A stretch of 42,563 bases of DNA from contig JBECKX010000045.1 in assembly GCA_040235515.1 (NCBI GenBank), positions 1 through 42,563 on the forward strand, given 5' to 3'. Source of the DNA: Candidatus Zixiibacteriota bacterium (GTDB lineage: Bacteria; Zixibacteria; MSB-5A5; CAIYYT01). The translations under genes and the position numbers were made by a program. The notes under the pieces were generated by a model. That model did no database searches, was not told the DNA's origin, and was given only the letters and a program-made list of their open reading frames with translations. This document shows positions 37,815 through 42,563 of the stretch, piece after piece (positions within the stretch are counted from its first letter, which is position 1; every line of letters begins with the position of its first letter).

Positions 37815-37853
37815 AAAGCGACCCGCTTACCATTGAGTAAGCGGGTCGTTTGC
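37815..37853. terminator. Terminator hairpin between convergent CADD and nfi genes
   Basis: CGACCCGCTTAC / GTAAGCGGGTCG 12-bp perfect stem, with A-rich left and T-rich right flanks. Confidence 0.8.
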
Positions 37854-37966
37854 TTGTCTGCGTTTCCGGCCACGGGGCCGGCTGCTGCTCCGGCACGAGT
37901 AGATCGTTAACGAACCCCTGTTACAGCCGACGGGTCCCGTTGTTCTGAGCTTCCCCGGATCGAAAC

Positions 37967-38665
37967 CTACGACTTGCCTTGCAGGCTGTTATCGTAGTTG
38001 CGTCGCTGCTTGTTCACCATTACGTGTGCCAGCCTGAGGGGCTCCGGAAGTCGGTAACCGCGCAATAGATCAACAACGGTTTTGACGGAGGTCTCCAGGT
38101 CGATCATGTGACCCGGTGAGACGAACAGCGGCTTGACACCTTCGCGGGACCGCAGTGCCTGTGCCACTATCTCGTTACCGCGATACACCGGTGAGGCTTC
38201 ACCAACCTCGTTGCCAAGCATCTCCGGTTTTCCGGTCAGCAGTTTTTTGGAACAACCGATCGTCGGCACCTTAAGCATCAATCCCATCATTGATGCCATG
38301 CCAACACCCTTCGGGTGGTCGATACCATGCCCATCGAAGATAAAGCAATCGGGAACGATCTTGAGTCGTGACAGGGCCTTGCTGATCACGGGTCCTTCGC
38401 GGAAATAAAAAAGTCCCGGAGTGAACGGGAAAGTGATCTGTTCCTGAGCCCGCACTTTTTCGACAAGTTCCATCTCGGGAACTTTCATCACTACCACTGT
38501 GGCGAAACCGGTGTCGTCGCGCTTCGAATATGCTACATCAACTCCACCAACAAGTCGGAACGTAGTCTTCTCAGGCTTCGTACTTACCTGCGGAGCGAAC
38601 TCCTCAAGTATCTTCTCGGCTTCCCGTACTTCGTCTGTCCAAGGATGAAGACGAGTAAATTTCAT
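37967..38665 (-). CDS. nfi: Endonuclease V (inosine 3' endonuclease)
   Basis: VGGVDVAY, PG...FRE, DGHG..HP, PTIG..K, PLFVSPGH, YRLPEP.R.AH. Confidence 0.92.
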   Translation of the reverse strand: MKFTRLHPWTDEVREAEKILEEFAPQVSTKPEKTTFRLVGGVDVAYSKRDDTGFATVVVMKVPEMELVEKVRAQEQITFPFTPGLFYFREGPVISKALSRLKIVPDCFIFDGHGIDHPKGVGMASMMGLMLKVPTIGCSKKLLTGKPEMLGNEVGEASPVYRGNEIVAQALRSREGVKPLFVSPGHMIDLETSVKTVVDLLRGYRLPEPLRLAHVMVNKQRRNYDNSLQGKS

Positions 38666-38796
38666 TCTCTAGTCCTTCACTAAGTTTCCAAGGTGCGAGT
38701 TCATTGCTGGCGGTGAAGGGAGTTCTGCTAAGCCCCGAACCTATAAACCCCACTAAAACACGCCTGAACTTATACTACTCCTAAATTAGCACGCAG

Positions 38797-38825
38797 ATAA
38801 TACGTTGATAGGAATTTATCTTCAA
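38797..38825 (-). promoter_or_regulatory. Sigma70-type promoter for nfi
   Basis: Minus strand TTGAAG-17 nt-TATTAT, implying a leader of about 125 nt. Confidence 0.45.
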
Positions 38826-39000
38826 CACAAACTTGCTGCCTTTGTGCTTTTTTTCGCAAATAAAGTTGGCTTGATCGACCCGTGATGCGAAAGTGGATTG
38901 AGTCGACTGATACAGTCTCTCAAAAATTGTTCTCTGCCGACGTATAAGGTAAGTGCAGTAGTGGCGACCCGGTGCTCAAAGAATATTCACTTAAATATTG

Positions 39001-39702
39001 ATGGCTGATATGAAGTACAGTGATCAGATGATAGATGATATAATCGGATGGGACGCAGGAACTTGGAAACATGCGTTGCACCACTGGAGCCCCGTGCTGC
39101 AGCAGGTCAAAGAGCGTGATCATTGCCTCGAAATCGGTGCGCATGCCGGTGGGTTGTCATTGCTCTTCGCCCTGCATGGGGCGAATGTTGTCTGCAGTGA
39201 TCTACCCAATCCGGCCCACTTGAGCGCCCCGGTACATAATAGGTACGAAGAGGGTAGACGTATTACCTACCTGCAGGCCAACGCAGCCACTTTACCCTTC
39301 AAATCAAATTCAAAATCGCTGGTCGGATGCAAGTCAGTGCTCGGTTCGGCGGCGCGTGACGGCAACTTCGCCGTTGCTGAGAGTGCGGTTGCGGAAGCCC
39401 ACCGAGTGTTGAAGCCGGGCGGGTATTTTCTCTTCGCCGAGAATCTTTCCGGCAGCCGCATGCATTCGTTTTTGCGGAAGAAATTCGTTCCCTGGGCGAA
39501 ACACTACTACTACTTCAACACCGGCGAGTTCGATCGATTACTCAGCCCGTTTGCCGAAGCCAGCTATGATACCCGAGGTTTTGCAGCGTTGCTCGGCAGA
39601 AGCGAAGGACAGCGCCGTGTTCTGGCACAGCTTGATTCAGTCATCCGACCCCTCATTCCCCGAAGCTGGCGCTACCTGATCTATGGACTTGCCCGCAAGT
39701 AA
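39001..39702 (+). CDS. Class I SAM-dependent methyltransferase
   Basis: LEIGAHAGG, VCSD, NAATLPF, HRVLKPGG. Start 39001 or 39010. Confidence 0.85.
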   Translation: MADMKYSDQMIDDIIGWDAGTWKHALHHWSPVLQQVKERDHCLEIGAHAGGLSLLFALHGANVVCSDLPNPAHLSAPVHNRYEEGRRITYLQANAATLPFKSNSKSLVGCKSVLGSAARDGNFAVAESAVAEAHRVLKPGGYFLFAENLSGSRMHSFLRKKFVPWAKHYYYFNTGEFDRLLSPFAEASYDTRGFAALLGRSEGQRRVLAQLDSVIRPLIPRSWRYLIYGLARK

Positions 39703-39775
39703 CCCTCGCCACCAGCGAAACTTTTGTTGATTTTCAACTCCCCGGTTGATAGTGTTCAGGCGGAGGAGATCGAAA

Positions 39776-41206
39776 ATGAATGCTTTAATCCACCGTTCCG
39801 CGGTGTTGAAGGCGGTCCGGCTAGCCGCTGCTGTGGCGGTTGCCTTTGTGGCTCTCGGCTTCTGCGGCTGCAGCGAGAACGACGGCAAGTTCAACCCCGC
39901 ACCTACTACACCTGCCTCTCGTGACGTCCTGTTCAAGGATGTCGAGACCACACTACGTGTACCTTCCCAGGTTCAATTCAGCTTTCGTCTGACCGATGTT
40001 GATAATCACGCACTCAACCTCTCCAGCGGCAAGCTCTCGGATCCATTCACCGTGCTGGAGAATAATCAGGCAATCGATGTAACGGAGACTTCCTATTTCG
40101 TTCATCCTGCGGCCAGTCTGGAGTTGGACCTGCTGTTGCTGCTCGATTTCACCAATAGCATGGCCAGCTGGAGCAAAGATACCCTCTCGGCGCTCGAACT
40201 GGAGGTCGCCTGGGCCCGCGATATCATCAATGACCTCGCCGAGAGTCATCGCATGGCGCTCATGGAGTATCACGACCGCAATATCAGCGCCGGCTTGATT
40301 TCCGATTTCGTATCCAGCCGCAGCGCGTTGCATCAGGCCCTCGACCAGTTCCTGTCTCAGCAAGTAGATAACGGGTCCTCAGCGGTGTGGGACGCGATCT
40401 ATGATGCCGTCCTGCAGTTTCCGGCTGATGACAGCCCCGACAAACAACGAACCCTGGTTGTCTTGACTGATGGACGAGAAACCTCGTCGATCAAGACCCC
40501 GCAAAGTATCATTACGCTCGCCAAAGAGCGGAGGGTCAACATCTTCATCATCGGCACAGGTTTTGTCAGCAATCAGTCGCAGCTCACCCAGATTACCAAT
40601 CAAACGCAGGGCGAATACTATGGCGCCGCCGACATCGTCGCGTTCCAGCGCGAGCTTGATCAAGTCCGCAGCGACCTGGGTGGACACTACAAGCTGAGTT
40701 ATATCACGTTGCGCCGAGAAGGCACCTATGAGGTGACAATCAAGTTCAGCCAGAATGGCTGGAACGGTTCGATCACCCGCACGCTCAATCTTGGCAGCGT
40801 ATTCGGCGATGACCGTATCGGCGTGTTGACGTTCGACACACCGACCCTGAATGGGAACGTACTGGAGGTCGTCCTGCGCGCGCAGCATTTTCCGCGCAAT
40901 ATCAATCGTTTGCGGTTTAAGCTCGACACCGACAAACCGATCACTCTCACTCCGATTGCCGCCGCAGAGGGAGGCTTGATCTCCGGCTGGACAGCGTCGG
41001 CGCCTGACGAGGATGGGTTCTTCGAGTTCAGCTCCGCGAATCCGATCAAGTTCGGCGATTTCGGACCCTTGTTGAAGATCACGGTAGAGTCGGTGATCTC
41101 GACATCGAGTCTCGAAATTCCGTTCGAGATGGATGAATCGATCTATACCGGCGGCAAAGGATTCACTTATCCGCATCTTCTCAGCGGTAGCTCCGTTGGT
41201 AACTAA
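39776..41206 (+). CDS. VWA-domain lipoprotein with a C-terminal beta-sandwich (possibly cohesin-like)
   Basis: GGAGGAG RBS before ATG 39776; lipobox FCG-C; MIDAS DFTNS, S..WDAI, VLTDGRE, IFIIG.G. Confidence 0.82.
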   Translation: MNALIHRSAVLKAVRLAAAVAVAFVALGFCGCSENDGKFNPAPTTPASRDVLFKDVETTLRVPSQVQFSFRLTDVDNHALNLSSGKLSDPFTVLENNQAIDVTETSYFVHPAASLELDLLLLLDFTNSMASWSKDTLSALELEVAWARDIINDLAESHRMALMEYHDRNISAGLISDFVSSRSALHQALDQFLSQQVDNGSSAVWDAIYDAVLQFPADDSPDKQRTLVVLTDGRETSSIKTPQSIITLAKERRVNIFIIGTGFVSNQSQLTQITNQTQGEYYGAADIVAFQRELDQVRSDLGGHYKLSYITLRREGTYEVTIKFSQNGWNGSITRTLNLGSVFGDDRIGVLTFDTPTLNGNVLEVVLRAQHFPRNINRLRFKLDTDKPITLTPIAAAEGGLISGWTASAPDEDGFFEFSSANPIKFGDFGPLLKITVESVISTSSLEIPFEMDESIYTGGKGFTYPHLLSGSSVGN

Positions 41207-41272
41207 GGGAAAGAACGGATTCAGATGCCGGTCAAGTATATAGCGGTGAAAATAGTGGAAGGAATTTCTGGA

Positions 41273-41953
41273 ATGAAGAGACGAACGATTACAGTATTGA
41301 ATGTCGTGATCATGTGCTGTCTCGTGCTGGTTTCGATCAGCCTGCTGGCACAGGAAGATGCTGCTAAGCAGGATTCGGCGCAGCAAGCAGCGCCGACCAG
41401 GCAGACCGTGGTACCGGAAGCGGTTACCATAGACTTCGAGGGTGAACACCCTCATCCAACTTTCGGCTGGGTCGGAGTCAGCGACACGATTGTGGAAGGT
41501 GGGAAATCGACAGTCGTAGTCAGTATCGATTCTGTCGGCGCCGGTGGCTCCGGACACTCACTCCATTTGAGTGGGAGTGTGCAGGTCGGCCAGAATCCGT
41601 ATGTGATGTTCTCGCTCGCGGCCACCAGGTTCTGGCGCGACGAAGAAGTGCTCTACGATCTCTCCGGCTTTAAGGGTATCAGCTTCTGGGCGATGGGGGA
41701 TGGCAATACCTACCGGGTCGATTTGCCGACCGCGTCGATCACCGACTACATGTACTACGGGTTTGCATTCGCTCCGCCGGCCGGTGAATGGCACGAATAC
41801 AAAATTCCCTTCAGGGGATTCAAGCAGATGCCTTATGGCGCCAAAGTACCGTGGACAGGAAGTGATGTTGAAGGGATTCACTTCGTTACGGTCGGAGGGC
41901 CATTGGAGAATTTCTCGCTACACATAGACAATGTAAGCTTCTATAAAGAATAA
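41273..41953 (+). CDS. Secreted CIA30/CBM11-like galactose-binding-fold protein
   Basis: Signal peptide; IDFE, DLSGFKGISFWAMGDGNTY, W..YKIPF..F.Q, L.IDNV.FY. Start 41273 preferred over 41225. Confidence 0.75.
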   Translation: MKRRTITVLNVVIMCCLVLVSISLLAQEDAAKQDSAQQAAPTRQTVVPEAVTIDFEGEHPHPTFGWVGVSDTIVEGGKSTVVVSIDSVGAGGSGHSLHLSGSVQVGQNPYVMFSLAATRFWRDEEVLYDLSGFKGISFWAMGDGNTYRVDLPTASITDYMYYGFAFAPPAGEWHEYKIPFRGFKQMPYGAKVPWTGSDVEGIHFVTVGGPLENFSLHIDNVSFYKE

Positions 41954-41979
41954 GCTGCATGGGAGGATTCGAGCGACTC

Positions 41980-42563
41980 TCAGTCGCTGTGGCGATGGAC
42001 TACGATCACTTGACCCTCTACTGAGATCCGAACCGTCTGGCCCAAGAACTCGTTTCGAAGCGGCAGGCTGGAGCCGCTTCGAACCTGAAACTGTGACAGT
42101 TCCCACTTTGCACCACTCGTGGTAATGGCGCTCGTTTCGCTGAGCGGGATGATGGAAAAGATATTCCGTTCACGACCCTTCAGCTCCACTGTGCTATCAA
42201 GAATGAAATATATATGCTGGCGATGATCAGTCAGCCGCGCGGTAATTTTTCGTGCCGATTCGGTTGCGTGGTCATGGATAAGCTTGAGCAGGAAAATATT
42301 CGCGAGCAGGTGGTCGGTTTCGAAGCGCGTATCGATCGCCCCGAAAATCTCGATCTCACGACAGCCGGCTTCGAGGGCATGGCGCACCGCAAGCTCACCA
42401 TCCGTGGCATCTTTTTCCGGCGGGAATTCCACACGCTCGATTCCGGCGAACTTGCCTAAAGTCGCCGCCGAGACCGAATCGAAGTCTCCCAGGATGATGC
42501 TCGGCCGCACATCCAACCGCTCGAAAAGTTGGAGGGCACCATCCACCGCGATCACGACAGCTC
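41980..42563 (-). CDS. thiN: Thiamine pyrophosphokinase, 5' end outside the window
   Basis: IAVDGA, ILGDFDSV, PPEKDATDGELA, DH.LANI, GAKWEL, RNEF. Confidence 0.9.
   Translation of the reverse strand, partial: AVVIAVDGALQLFERLDVRPSIILGDFDSVSAATLGKFAGIERVEFPPEKDATDGELAVRHALEAGCREIEIFGAIDTRFETDHLLANIFLLKLIHDHATESARKITARLTDHRQHIYFILDSTVELKGRERNIFSIIPLSETSAITTSGAKWELSQFQVRSGSSLPLRNEFLGQTVRISVEGQVIVVHRHSD

Noticed and set aside
40379..41557. 392-aa minus-strand ORF
   Set aside because: Overlaps two well-supported + strand genes and shows no domain features.

Overview
Bacterial chromosomal window, moderately GC-rich, with no mobile elements, CRISPR arrays, rRNA or tRNA that I can see. The C-terminal 'CGDADG..DAV...IFGGGPAP' dockerin-like tails suggest a Zixibacteria-like FCB-group lineage (inference). 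Left: a classical menaquinone operon (menG-aroF-menF-menD-menH-menB) with an embedded DAHP synthase, a 6-PAS histidine kinase, a GNAT, pheA, rarA, a secreted GATase-like protein, an apparently inactive ERCC4/XPF-like protein and a DUF2723 GT-C glycosyltransferase. Centre (18.2-30.4 kb): four co-oriented secreted zinc peptidases from three families (M12B-like, M14, two M43), all ending in a near-identical Cys-rich dockerin-like module, interleaved with pagL-like and YbaK-like genes. Right: a GlcD-like oxidoreductase, antiporter plus USP, a beta-CASP nuclease, a squalene/phytoene synthase, CADD, endonuclease V, a methyltransferase, a VWA lipoprotein with a possible C-terminal cohesin-like domain, a CIA30/CBM11-like protein and thiamine pyrophosphokinase. 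The best candidate for an undescribed system is a cellulosome-like surface proteolytic complex (dockerin-tagged peptidases plus a lipid-anchored cohesin-like scaffold). All family calls come from motif recognition by eye; no searches were run.
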